This document shows, one piece after another, positions 39,066 to 49,212 of a stretch of DNA of 64,000 nucleotides. Under the pieces are notes generated by a model, which was not told the DNA's origin, searched no databases, and saw nothing but the letters and a program-made list of their open reading frames with translations. The translations under genes were made by a program, and so were the position numbers. Location of the stretch: positions 62,001 to 126,000 of the IMG/VR virus record IMGVR_UViG_3300023313_000001; one strand, 5' to 3'. The stretch's first letter is position 1. Each line of letters starts with the position of its first letter.

Positions 39066-39836
39066 ATGAAAATTCACAGTAAACAGTTCGGAGAAGGAAT
39101 CGTTCAAATAGAGACTGGTTCAGTTTTACCTAGAGGCACCCCATTTGACGATGGTCGAATATTTTTCCTCCAAGAGATTGTTGATAAAAATCCCAAAGGA
39201 TTTTACGTATACGATGCAACTAAAGCACGTTGGACGTTGATCAACGAACATAGAAGTTTAGAGTTGACACATGTATGTACTACTGATGGAATCACATATA
39301 GTCTAACTGCAGAAACTGGAGCCACTGGTAATACTTACGCAACAGTGGTGTTATCCCCTGATAACACTCATGCTAGAATTACTGTGAAGGGAAGTGGATC
39401 TGGTGAGGCAGAGGGGTTTATATTTAGAAATGCTGATATTGGACATGATGTGATTCGCGCTGATAATGAATCGTTTGAATGGATGGGTAATAAGGTGTGG
39501 CATGATAAAAATTTGCATCCCATCAAGTTTCAACCAAGAGAGCGTGCCATTGATGTAAGAGTAAATCACTTGGCTCAAGGTCAAGAAACTTTGTTTGTTA
39601 ATACTACTGCTGGTGAAATTATAGTGAAATTGCCTCATTTAATCACAGTAGGGGATCGAGTTACAATCATAGATGATGCTGGAACTTTTGGGGACATTAA
39701 TTGTATAGTTAATGGACGAGGCCAAAACATAAATGGAATGGGCGACGATTACATCCTAAACAAGAGCAACACAGCGTATACCTTCGTATATCAAAACGCT
39801 AATCGTGGATGGCGTGTTTTAAAGCAACTGAGTTAA
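39066..39836 (+). CDS. virion fibre-associated adaptor protein
   Basis: N-terminal module and C-terminal gp34-like domain both shared with ORF 31716; AATAAATA at 39035-39042. Confidence 0.6.
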   Translation: MKIHSKQFGEGIVQIETGSVLPRGTPFDDGRIFFLQEIVDKNPKGFYVYDATKARWTLINEHRSLELTHVCTTDGITYSLTAETGATGNTYATVVLSPDNTHARITVKGSGSGEAEGFIFRNADIGHDVIRADNESFEWMGNKVWHDKNLHPIKFQPRERAIDVRVNHLAQGQETLFVNTTAGEIIVKLPHLITVGDRVTIIDDAGTFGDINCIVNGRGQNINGMGDDYILNKSNTAYTFVYQNANRGWRVLKQLS

Positions 39837-39841
39837 TATCC

Positions 39842-39849
39842 TATAAATA
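39842..39849 (+). promoter_or_regulatory. T4-like late promoter
   Basis: TATAAATA upstream of the tail fibre gene. Confidence 0.7.
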
Positions 39850-39877
39850 CCTCATATGAAAATTTTGAGGTATTTAA

Positions 39878-42667
39878 ATGAAAATTGATGGTCTAAGTTT
39901 TATTAACGATAGTAGAATGACTGATGCTGTAGTAGAGTCTGGTACAACGTTACCTGTTGCTAACGCACAAGATAACGGTCGGTTGTTCTTCCTTACACAA
40001 ACTCAAGGAGCTAATACTCCTGGGTTATACCTATATAATGCAAGTAGTGTATCGTGGGCCATAGTCAATGATAATACTGCAGTTAATGCAGTAAATACAG
40101 ATACTCTGGACAATCTTGACAGCCTCGATTTCGTTCGGTCTACTGGCTTCGTAAATCAAATCATAAATGGTCAAAAAACATTGACTGGTAGATTAACTAG
40201 TGATTTGACAGTTGCTGGGGTAAATTACAGGGCATATGATACTGCCAACAATAACAGATTCGATATCTCAGTGACAACTGGATCCGCATCTAGTTCTGGA
40301 GCTTACCTAAATTCCACATGGAATACTGGTGGAACTGGTAATATACATCTCCAGTATGCTAGTAATACCAAATTAAAGATACACAGCACAGGCATAGATG
40401 TTACTGGAACTATCAGTGCATCTGAGCCCATCACAGTATCTTCTGCAAACGATTCCATGTTAAGGTTTAATGTTCCATCTGGAAGCGCCAATGAGTGGAG
40501 TTATATATCTTGGTACGGTTCTGATGGTGCTAGAGATTCGTACTTTGGAATTAATTCTGCTGGATTTCCTATATGGGCTAAGGACGGTGGTACTATTGTT
40601 ACATTATCAGATACCGGAATATCGATGACTGGTAACATCTCAGTTACTGGAGCAGTTGATGGTAGAGACATTGCTGTGGATGGTAGCAAATTAGATACCA
40701 TTGCATCCAGTGCAAATAATTACACTCATCCAAACTATTCTTCAACAAATCAATCATTAACAAACGATAACGTAGTGGGTTCCATAACTACAAATGCCAC
40801 TGGACATGTGACAGGAATGACCAATAGGCAGTTACTTCCTGAAGATTTGGGTGGAACTAGGCTGGTAACAGGTGGAGGAGGATGGGGAAGCTTCTTATCA
40901 GTTGGTGGTGGTGGTGTATCCTATAATCAAAGCAACAAAACAGGTCATATTCAGATCAAACTACCAGTTCTATGGTCTAGTCATATGCTACAGTTTCATG
41001 TGGACGTGTTCGATTATATAGCAGACAAGTTAGTATCCTTCCATATCGCAGGATATAACTATGCTGGGTCATTATCCTGGAACAGAACATCAGTTCACCA
41101 AACTGGTGGAATTAGTGACATTCCTGTATATTTTGGTGACGATGGAGTTAACGCCTGCATATGGATAGGATCTCCAGCGTATGTATGGCAGTATCCCAAA
41201 GTTATTATCAGAGATGTACTCGTAGGGTTTACTACGGTAACCAACGCTACCTGGAAAGATGGTTGGAGCGTGACTGTTAACACCACACCACGAATTACTA
41301 CTAATGTAACTCATTCTAACCCTCAAGGATTTGGTCCTCGTAAAACAGATACATCTGCATTTGCAGGTCCGGTGACTACTGTGGGCAAATTGACGGTGGG
41401 CACCGAATTATCTAGTCCTGTTATGTACACTGGGACTTCATCTTCTTCCAATGGTTATTTCTATTCTGATATTCCTGGAAGAACATCCTTTCGCAACGGA
41501 GATTTTTACATACAGAATACTGTTATTAACTCTTTTAACTATGCCACTAACCAGTATGTAGGTAACGTTAGTGGATCTACTATTAGATTTAGAGGAAACA
41601 CTTTAACTGCTGATAACTGGGGGATTAACACTAGTGGAGTAGCTACCTTTGCAGGAGCTATAGTTGGTGATACGATTAACGCAGGAGATGTTGCTGCAAC
41701 TGGTGGTGGTGTTGGATTGCAAATTAAATATAATGGTGCAGATATACTAAACTCATTTGGTGCGTCGTATTCTACTGGCGATACATTTATTGGGAGAGGG
41801 TTGCGTAGTTCAACTACGACTGCGGCTACATATACATCGACAACTGCAACTAATGCAACAAGAGGGTTAGTTGAAGTTAGCGACAAGATAATATTTAGGA
41901 ATGCACCAATTTCTAATGCTACTGTAGGTTCTGTTGTATCTACTACAGAAAGATTTAGAATTGATGCCAGTGGGAATTTGACCTTGACAGGGACTGTTGA
42001 TGGAAGAAATGTTTCAGCAGATGGCAGTAAATTGGATACTATAGCATCCAATGCAAACAACTATACTCATCCAAATTACTCAGCAACAAATATCAATACA
42101 TCTGGGGCGACGGTAGTTGACATTATTACAACAAATTCGACAGGGCATGTTACTACGTTAGGCACACGTACTTTAACAGCAGCAAATATTGGTGCAGCCA
42201 CTAGTGGTCATACCCATACTACAATTACCCCTGTGGATGAATCTGTGGACACAATTTGCTATCCTGCCTTTTTCAATACTGCTACTGGCAACCAGGCTAT
42301 TAAAACAGGTACAAATTTAACATTCAACGCTTCGTCAGGCCAGTTGACAGCTACTATCCTAAATAGTTCAGATAGAGCGCTAAAGAAAAATATAACTGAC
42401 TATGTCGGTTATACCACATCTGGGATCCAAGCAAAATTGTATGAGTTTAAAGATTCATCTAAAGGAGGCCCTGGGATAAAGGTAGGGTATATCGCTGATG
42501 AGGTTGAATTAGTCTTACCAGAGGCAGTATCTGGTACTCCAGGCAACCAAGCGGTGGATTATACGATGGTTCACACTACAAAAATTGCAGAGTTGGAACG
42601 TCTTGTGGAACGTCAACAACAACAGATAGACAATTTAATAAAGGTATTAAATGACTCAATTAACTAA
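39878..42667 (+). CDS. tail fibre with C-terminal intramolecular chaperone (peptidase S74)
   Basis: SSDRALKKNI cleavage motif, GYIADEV, terminal coiled coil; beta-rich shaft. Confidence 0.85.
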   Translation: MKIDGLSFINDSRMTDAVVESGTTLPVANAQDNGRLFFLTQTQGANTPGLYLYNASSVSWAIVNDNTAVNAVNTDTLDNLDSLDFVRSTGFVNQIINGQKTLTGRLTSDLTVAGVNYRAYDTANNNRFDISVTTGSASSSGAYLNSTWNTGGTGNIHLQYASNTKLKIHSTGIDVTGTISASEPITVSSANDSMLRFNVPSGSANEWSYISWYGSDGARDSYFGINSAGFPIWAKDGGTIVTLSDTGISMTGNISVTGAVDGRDIAVDGSKLDTIASSANNYTHPNYSSTNQSLTNDNVVGSITTNATGHVTGMTNRQLLPEDLGGTRLVTGGGGWGSFLSVGGGGVSYNQSNKTGHIQIKLPVLWSSHMLQFHVDVFDYIADKLVSFHIAGYNYAGSLSWNRTSVHQTGGISDIPVYFGDDGVNACIWIGSPAYVWQYPKVIIRDVLVGFTTVTNATWKDGWSVTVNTTPRITTNVTHSNPQGFGPRKTDTSAFAGPVTTVGKLTVGTELSSPVMYTGTSSSSNGYFYSDIPGRTSFRNGDFYIQNTVINSFNYATNQYVGNVSGSTIRFRGNTLTADNWGINTSGVATFAGAIVGDTINAGDVAATGGGVGLQIKYNGADILNSFGASYSTGDTFIGRGLRSSTTTAATYTSTTATNATRGLVEVSDKIIFRNAPISNATVGSVVSTTERFRIDASGNLTLTGTVDGRNVSADGSKLDTIASNANNYTHPNYSATNINTSGATVVDIITTNSTGHVTTLGTRTLTAANIGAATSGHTHTTITPVDESVDTICYPAFFNTATGNQAIKTGTNLTFNASSGQLTATILNSSDRALKKNITDYVGYTTSGIQAKLYEFKDSSKGGPGIKVGYIADEVELVLPEAVSGTPGNQAVDYTMVHTTKIAELERLVERQQQQIDNLIKVLNDSIN

Positions 42668-43256
42668 CGCTGTACTAGATACATTATTCGAACCAAGAGG
42701 GGCAACAACTAAGCGTGCTGATATTGGAATTCAGACAAATGGTATTGATATATCTAACAGATATATGCAACCTAGTCAGGGCGGAACAGCAACTGCAACA
42801 GCAACAAATATAATGAGCAATGGATTGGATATTGCCACATTGTTTACTCAAATTGGTACTGTAATCAATCAATCTATTACGTGGGTTGGTTCTATATCAC
42901 TGAGTGCTACAGGGACCACGTTGGCTATTGTGAATTTCTCATTAGGGTCAGATGGTACTACTGCACAAACAGGCACCGGCACTACAGTTGGTGATTGGTT
43001 GACTACAGTGGGTGCAGGGAACGGGTCATTATATGAATGTCGTGCTTCCAGTATTTCCGGTAGTGTGTTGAGCAGTGGCCCCACAGTGTTTACTCCAATC
43101 AGCTCCAATGTGTTGTTTAGTTTAAATGGTAACTCTACTAAGTCCACATCATTTAATGTTGATATAAGAGAAATAGCAAACCCAGCGAATACGTTCACGC
43201 GTGCTTGTACATTGAGTATAACAGTTACCGGTGGCGGCTTCGGAGGGGGGCTTTAA
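42651..43256 (+). CDS. tail-fibre-associated (tip/adhesin-like) protein
   Basis: Overlaps the fibre stop; Thr/Ser-rich beta domain, Gly-rich C-terminus. Confidence 0.5.
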   Translation: MTQLTNAVLDTLFEPRGATTKRADIGIQTNGIDISNRYMQPSQGGTATATATNIMSNGLDIATLFTQIGTVINQSITWVGSISLSATGTTLAIVNFSLGSDGTTAQTGTGTTVGDWLTTVGAGNGSLYECRASSISGSVLSSGPTVFTPISSNVLFSLNGNSTKSTSFNVDIREIANPANTFTRACTLSITVTGGGFGGGL

Positions 43257-43264
43257 TATACTAG

Positions 43265-43293
43265 TTTACTGTGTATTAATACCAATGTATGAT
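43265..43293 (+). promoter_or_regulatory. sigma70-type promoter of the DNA polymerase operon
   Basis: TTTACT-17 nt-TATGAT with extended TG; two GTATTAATAC palindromes overlap or flank it. Confidence 0.65.
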
Positions 43294-43319
43294 GTATTAA
43301 TACATAGGAGAACAGTAAC

Positions 43320-44918
43320 TTGAGTTATATTTCAGCTTGGAGAAAATTAAATGACGTGATAGTTTGGGAGCGAGATCCAGACGGGAAGCGTTATAAAACT
43401 ACCTACCCAGGAATATTTGAGTTTTACTCCAAACATGTAGGTGGTTCGTATGCCAATATATATGGTGACAACTTAATTAAACACGAATTTAAAACGTGGT
43501 TTGATATGCACTCAGCTAAAAAACAATTCACTGAACGAGCGGAATTGTTATATGAGTCAGACATATTACCAGAAATGAAAGTACTGTCAGAACACTATTA
43601 TCAGGCAGAACCTCCTAAACTTCACTATACACTGTGGGATATCGAAGTTGATTATGACCCATCCCTAGCATATGCAGATACAGCAATTGATAATGCAGTT
43701 GCTCCCATAAACGCAGTAGCAATACATCATAAATGGAGTGGTGAATCCATAGTAATAGCTGTTCCTCCACCATCATGGACTGGATCATTAAAAGAATCTA
43801 CCGAGAAACTTAGTGATCTAGCTACAGAAACCAATACAACTATACTACTAGTAGCAACAGAGGCAGATTTGATAACCACATTGTTGGATGAATTTGAGGG
43901 CTCTGATGTTATTAGTGGGTGGAATTCATCCTGGTTTGACACCCCATATTTAGCGAAACGAGTATTATCAGTGCTGGGACCAAAAGCGTTTAACCGACTA
44001 TCATTTGCTGGAGCAGGCAAACCTTCTTTTAGAACAGTTGAAGTTTTTGGACAAGAGCGTATTACAATCGATTTAAGTGGGCGCATTAGTTGGGATTACA
44101 TGGAACTGTTTAAAAAATTCGAAATGAATGAACGCCCATCATATAGCTTAGAGGCAATCTCTAATGAAATACTTCCAGACTTACCTAAGCTGGAATACGA
44201 CGGAACTTTGCATGAATTGTATAATAACGATTTCGAACATTTCATACGATATAATATTCGTGATACCGAAGTGTTGGCAGGGTTCGAAGATAAACTTGGG
44301 TATCTAGCATTAGCTAACGTATTGTACCATTCATCTTGTGGACAACCAAATCAGATCTTTGGGACCATACGGTTAGCTGATCACGCCATCATTAATTATT
44401 GTCACAACGAATTAAATCGTAAAGTTCCAGATTGGGACATGTATAAGCAGGATGGTCGTATTGCAGGTGCAATGGTACTTACCCCCCAAATAGGACTACA
44501 TCAGAATATAGGGAGTATTGATATCACAAGTCTGTATCCGTCTGCAATTAGATGTATTAACATATCTCCAGAAACTCTCATTGGACAAATGAATGGTACG
44601 TTAGATATGGATGATCGAGCTAAGCATTCTGCATGGGATAGTGTGTATCGTAGTGACACTAGGGATCCAATTACATTAATCTACGACAATGGGGTAGATG
44701 GGTGGTCCGGTGCTGAAACTCATACTGGAAAGGAATGGCAGCAAATTTTAGTTGATCGGAAGTGGGCAATCTCTGGATACGGAACAATATTCCGACAGGA
44801 TGTACAGGGAATGATTCCTGCGGTATTAACAGAGTGGTTTGGTCAACGCAAAAAATATAAAAAACTAATGGTAGAAGCAAAAGACTCAGCTGAAGCCATC
44901 CTCGATAAGTATCGATGA
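43320..44918 (+). CDS. polB: family B DNA polymerase, N-terminal part (3'-5' exonuclease + motif A); TTG start
   Basis: WDIEVD, SGWNSSWFDTPY, YNIRDTE, SIDITSLYPSAI, WFGQRKKYKK; AGGAG RBS. Confidence 0.92.
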   Translation: MSYISAWRKLNDVIVWERDPDGKRYKTTYPGIFEFYSKHVGGSYANIYGDNLIKHEFKTWFDMHSAKKQFTERAELLYESDILPEMKVLSEHYYQAEPPKLHYTLWDIEVDYDPSLAYADTAIDNAVAPINAVAIHHKWSGESIVIAVPPPSWTGSLKESTEKLSDLATETNTTILLVATEADLITTLLDEFEGSDVISGWNSSWFDTPYLAKRVLSVLGPKAFNRLSFAGAGKPSFRTVEVFGQERITIDLSGRISWDYMELFKKFEMNERPSYSLEAISNEILPDLPKLEYDGTLHELYNNDFEHFIRYNIRDTEVLAGFEDKLGYLALANVLYHSSCGQPNQIFGTIRLADHAIINYCHNELNRKVPDWDMYKQDGRIAGAMVLTPQIGLHQNIGSIDITSLYPSAIRCINISPETLIGQMNGTLDMDDRAKHSAWDSVYRSDTRDPITLIYDNGVDGWSGAETHTGKEWQQILVDRKWAISGYGTIFRQDVQGMIPAVLTEWFGQRKKYKKLMVEAKDSAEAILDKYR

Positions 44919-44921
44919 TTT

Positions 44922-46814
44922 ATGAAAAAGGATGCAGCCAGTTTAGTTGATGTTGAACAAAGCTTGACCGATGCAGGGGTGTTAAACTTCGCGGAAAATA
45001 AAATATCAGCCAATCGTGCACGAGCTTGGATTAAGTGTAATGATGATACATTAATCAGATATTACACTAGGTTTTTACCTGCCAGTGCTGAATATATGGA
45101 GAGATTGTATTGTATATTGAATGATATCTGGCAACTTCCACGATGTGTTGTTTGTACGAAAACACACACACGGTTTGATGGGTCAGTGAAAGGATATAAG
45201 AAACATTGTAGTATGGCCTGTACTACAAAAGATCCTGATGTTCGTGATAAAAAGAATAAAACTATGGTTAAACGGTATGGTGTTAAGCACGCTCTCCAAA
45301 GTCCAGAGTTACGTGACAAATGTAAGCAAACCAACATGGATAGGTTTGGTACAGAATATGCATCCTCAAGTGCCCAGGTAAAAGATCGTGTTAAACAAAC
45401 TAACATGAAGCGTTTTGGTACTCCGTGCTCACTACAATACGATGCTGTTGCACGCAAATCTGACAGTACAATGATGGATAAGTATGGTGTTAAGCATGCA
45501 TTACAAAATAAAGATTTATTGCTAAAAAAAGAACATACATGTTTGATTAAGTATGGTGAGAAACAATATCCACAGACGGATGAGTTTAAGCAAAAGTTTA
45601 AACAAGCTATGGTTGACAGGTTTGGTGTAGATCACCCTTCTAAATCTACAGAGCTGCGTAACAAAGCTAAACAATCGATGATGGAGAGGTATGGAGTAGA
45701 ATATACACTACAGTCCCCCGAATTGATGGATGCCTATATCACCACTATGATGGATGTGTGGGGAACGTCAAACCCACAACGGATTCATTTAGTAGGAGAT
45801 GTACTGGATAACTTAAATAACCCTGATTGGTTATTCGATCAACACTATACCCAGAGAAAATCAATACTCCAAATATCTAAGGAATTGCAAATTACTAGAG
45901 AGACTTTAAGTAGATGGTTTTCCACTCATAATATAACTATACAACAACGTGGATATTCGGTATCATCTGAAGAACAGGAATTGATTGATTTCATAACAAC
46001 TAATTATACAGGAACAGTAATAACAAACAATAGATCTGTGATACACCCACACGAATTGGATATAATATTACCAGATATCAATGTGGCGTTTGAATATTGT
46101 GGGTTATATTGGCATTCAGATGTACATAATCATATTACCCACAATTATCATAAAACTAAGATGGATGCATGCACTGACGTTGGGTTGACATTATATACAA
46201 TTTTTTCTGACGAGTGGTGTATAACTAAGGATATAGTAAAATCTAAGGTATTACATCTCATTGGTTGTTCAAAGGTGCAGCGAACATATGCAAGATTATG
46301 TGGAGTTGTATCTGTAGATACACAAACTAAGAGATCTTTTTTTAACAAAAATCACATTCAACGAAGTGGTCCAGGATCTATTACCTACGGGTTAACATAC
46401 AATGATGAAATAATATCTGTAATGACTTTTATCAAAAAATCAGATAATGTTTTTGTATTAAACAGATTTGCGTCCAGTAGGTCTGTCGTAGGTGGATTTT
46501 CAAAATTGTTGAAACATTTCAAGAAACACAATACATGGTCTGTTATAGAAACATTTGCAGATCTTAGGTGGAGTCGTGGTAATTTATATACTAGTACAGG
46601 TTTCACCTTATGTAGATTGCTCAAACCAGACTATTATTATGTTGTTGGAAATAAACGAATTCATAAGTTCAATTATAGACGAAAAATGTTACCTACGAAA
46701 TTGTCTGTATTCAATCCAGAACTATCCGAGGTTGAAAATTGTAAATTGAATGGGGTTTACCGAATATGGGATTGTGGAAAGATAAAATACATTACCAAAA
46801 ACGAGGAACTATAA
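44922..46814 (+). CDS. free-standing homing endonuclease-like protein, family B, inserted between the polymerase halves
   Basis: T.M.RYGV.HALQ repeats, HTH, ELDIILPDINVAFEYCGLYWHS, GNAT-like C-terminus. Confidence 0.78.
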   Translation: MKKDAASLVDVEQSLTDAGVLNFAENKISANRARAWIKCNDDTLIRYYTRFLPASAEYMERLYCILNDIWQLPRCVVCTKTHTRFDGSVKGYKKHCSMACTTKDPDVRDKKNKTMVKRYGVKHALQSPELRDKCKQTNMDRFGTEYASSSAQVKDRVKQTNMKRFGTPCSLQYDAVARKSDSTMMDKYGVKHALQNKDLLLKKEHTCLIKYGEKQYPQTDEFKQKFKQAMVDRFGVDHPSKSTELRNKAKQSMMERYGVEYTLQSPELMDAYITTMMDVWGTSNPQRIHLVGDVLDNLNNPDWLFDQHYTQRKSILQISKELQITRETLSRWFSTHNITIQQRGYSVSSEEQELIDFITTNYTGTVITNNRSVIHPHELDIILPDINVAFEYCGLYWHSDVHNHITHNYHKTKMDACTDVGLTLYTIFSDEWCITKDIVKSKVLHLIGCSKVQRTYARLCGVVSVDTQTKRSFFNKNHIQRSGPGSITYGLTYNDEIISVMTFIKKSDNVFVLNRFASSRSVVGGFSKLLKHFKKHNTWSVIETFADLRWSRGNLYTSTGFTLCRLLKPDYYYVVGNKRIHKFNYRRKMLPTKLSVFNPELSEVENCKLNGVYRIWDCGKIKYITKNEEL

Positions 46815-48439
46815 TGCCTATTAGACAAGGGTTAGAATTATCTGATGCAGATGCCATAGAATATGATAGATTGGTAGAGTTGGCATCTTACTATGATAGA
46901 TTACAATACACCATGAAGATTAAGCTTAATAGCTTGTACGGAGCACTCACGAACTTTTATTTTAGATTCTTTGATTTGCGATTAGGGCAAAGTACTACCG
47001 GAACAGGTAGGGCTATATTAGATCATATGTGCTCACAGACAGCACTAATACTAGATGGTAAGTATGACATGTTTTCAGAGTCCATAGCGTACGGTGATTC
47101 GGTGGCAGCAAAATCTTCAATATTCACCTCAAAAGGACGTGTGAATATTGAAGATTTGTATGGGACTACAGATGTGTACTTTACTACGATGGGATCGAAT
47201 GATAAGGAATATTGCTACCCAAACCAGTTGAAAGTGTTGACATTTGATCCAAAAACCGAGCAGCTATGTTTTCGTGACGTAAGATATGTTATGCGACACA
47301 AAGTGCAAAAGCAAATGTATCAAATAACAACTTGCTATGGCGATACTGTAGTTGTGACTGAAGACCATTCATTAATGGTGTTGGACAGTAACTCAGTATT
47401 AACTGAAGCTACTCCAGCGGATTGTATAGCCAACGAATCTATAGGTATGAGGTGTGATTTTGACGGGACTAGCATATTCAACACCACTATAACTAAAATC
47501 ACACCTGTGGAATATGATGGTTATGTATATGACATCGAAGTAGATGACACCCACACTTTTTTTGCAAATGATGTTTTGGTACATAACACTGACTCAGTAT
47601 ATTTTAAGACAAATGCTGAATATGGATCTGATGGAATGTCTACTGAGGAGATTAACCTTAGAGCAATTGCAATTGCTGATAAGATCGGAGAATTAGCAGA
47701 TGCATCCTTTCCAGAATTCTGTAAAAAAGCTTTTTGCATCCAGCCAGAGTATGAAAATATAATCAAGTGTGATAGAGAGGTAGTGGCTAAACGTGGAATT
47801 TTTGTATCTAAAAAACGCTATGTGCTCAAACTCGTGGATTTAGATGGGTACCGTTGTGACAAGTTAAAAGCAATGGGGTTAGAAATGAAAAAAACCACTA
47901 CTCCAAAAATTATTCAAAAGTTTTTAGAGGATGTTATTAACCTAATATTGAATGGAGAAACTGAGTGGGATGACATTGATAATTTCATTGTGGATTATAG
48001 AGACCAAGTAAAGACAGCCTTACCAGTTATTGATATCGGATTACCTAAAGGGGTTAAAAAAGTGGAGTTCTACACAGCGCAACACATTGCAGGCGTTAAT
48101 GATAAAGGAGAGAAGCCGAGGTTGCCTGGACATGTAGCTGCATCCATTCACTACAATGAGTGTTTGAAACACTTCAACGATACTGATAGCCAGCCAATTA
48201 AAACTGGCAGTAAGATTAAAGTATTCTATTTAACCGAAAAATATGGAAAATTTAAAAGCATTGCCATACCTACTGAAGCTAAACACTTACCTACATGGTT
48301 CAGTGACTATTGTGAAGTTGATCGGGAAATTCATGAACAGAAGTTAATAGATAACAACCTGGAAAAGATTTTTACAGCAATTGGCCGAGATGTGCCAGAC
48401 GCTCAATCACAATTCAATGATTCGTTAATAGAGTGGTGA
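46814..48439 (+). CDS. polB: family B DNA polymerase, C-terminal part (motifs B and C, thumb), intein-containing
   Basis: KIKLNSLYG, YGD|TDS split by an intein, KKRY, MGLE; TAATG overlap and GAGGA RBS support the 46814 start. Confidence 0.92.
   Translation: MPIRQGLELSDADAIEYDRLVELASYYDRLQYTMKIKLNSLYGALTNFYFRFFDLRLGQSTTGTGRAILDHMCSQTALILDGKYDMFSESIAYGDSVAAKSSIFTSKGRVNIEDLYGTTDVYFTTMGSNDKEYCYPNQLKVLTFDPKTEQLCFRDVRYVMRHKVQKQMYQITTCYGDTVVVTEDHSLMVLDSNSVLTEATPADCIANESIGMRCDFDGTSIFNTTITKITPVEYDGYVYDIEVDDTHTFFANDVLVHNTDSVYFKTNAEYGSDGMSTEEINLRAIAIADKIGELADASFPEFCKKAFCIQPEYENIIKCDREVVAKRGIFVSKKRYVLKLVDLDGYRCDKLKAMGLEMKKTTTPKIIQKFLEDVINLILNGETEWDDIDNFIVDYRDQVKTALPVIDIGLPKGVKKVEFYTAQHIAGVNDKGEKPRLPGHVAASIHYNECLKHFNDTDSQPIKTGSKIKVFYLTEKYGKFKSIAIPTEAKHLPTWFSDYCEVDREIHEQKLIDNNLEKIFTAIGRDVPDAQSQFNDSLIEW
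47099..47587 (+). mobile_element. mini-intein (163 aa, no endonuclease) in polymerase motif C
   Basis: YGD|SVAAKS...VTEDHSL (block B)...VYDIEV (block F)...NDVLVHN|TDS. Confidence 0.95.
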
Positions 48440-48490
48440 TATGTTGATTTTGGTGGAGCTAAAATGTATAGTTCCGTATGGAGGAACGAT

Positions 48491-49210
48491 ATGAGATTAG
48501 ATAACAATTTGCTGGTATTACTCAAACGAGCAACTGCTGTGGCCAAACAAATGGGCATTAGTGAGTTGTCCATGGAAGATAATAACATAGGAACAATGTT
48601 CCGTGGGATGTCAGATTTGGGTGGAACTCCAGTCATATTACACCATATGTTGGATGAAGATCTTCCATTTGGAGGTCTTGCAATTAAAGACACTGGGTCA
48701 TTCATAGCTAAGTTAAACTTAGCTACAGATAAAGACGAGAACTTCAAGATATTCCTAAATGTGGATGAACGGAAAAACCATGTAAAAAGTATTGAGTTAA
48801 AAGGAACCAAATTCAAAATGTCATTCATTACTGGATCAGCTGATGCGGTGAAGGCTCCTAAACGACTGAAGGACCCTAGTAAGTATAGTTTTCAAATGGA
48901 ACCAGATGATGTTAAGACTCTGGATAAAGCTATTAAAGCAATGGCCGGAACTTTTGTCACTTTTGTTAGCGACGGTAATGAGGTGTCGTTTGAAATTAGA
49001 GTAGGGAAATCAGATGTTTTTAGTTATAAATTTTGTGACGAAGTGTTATCTATGGATGGAGATGATGCATCGTTTGCATTTTCGTATCCAGTAAAAACAA
49101 TCACCACATTAATCAAAAATAGTGAGAGTGGTATATTTCAAGTAAGTAAAAAAGGAATATTTAATGGCATTATGCAAGACACTAATGTGTTTATATTTCC
49201 GAGGGTGTAA
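48491..49210 (+). CDS. probable DNA sliding clamp (T4 gp45-like)
   Basis: About 240 aa directly after the polymerase; two-domain beta-alpha pattern resembling gp45; GGAGG RBS. Confidence 0.5.
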   Translation: MRLDNNLLVLLKRATAVAKQMGISELSMEDNNIGTMFRGMSDLGGTPVILHHMLDEDLPFGGLAIKDTGSFIAKLNLATDKDENFKIFLNVDERKNHVKSIELKGTKFKMSFITGSADAVKAPKRLKDPSKYSFQMEPDDVKTLDKAIKAMAGTFVTFVSDGNEVSFEIRVGKSDVFSYKFCDEVLSMDGDDASFAFSYPVKTITTLIKNSESGIFQVSKKGIFNGIMQDTNVFIFPRV

Positions 49211-49212
49211 TT

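Noticed and set aside
39878-42667. Diversity-generating retroelement target
   Set aside because: No reverse transcriptase in the window and no template/variable repeat pair differing only at adenines was seen; the internal repeats differ at all base types
44919-46813. Group I intron interrupting the DNA polymerase
   Set aside because: The endonuclease ORF occupies the whole gap (3 nt spacer and TAATG overlap), leaving no room for a ribozyme core; the C-half has its own RBS and start
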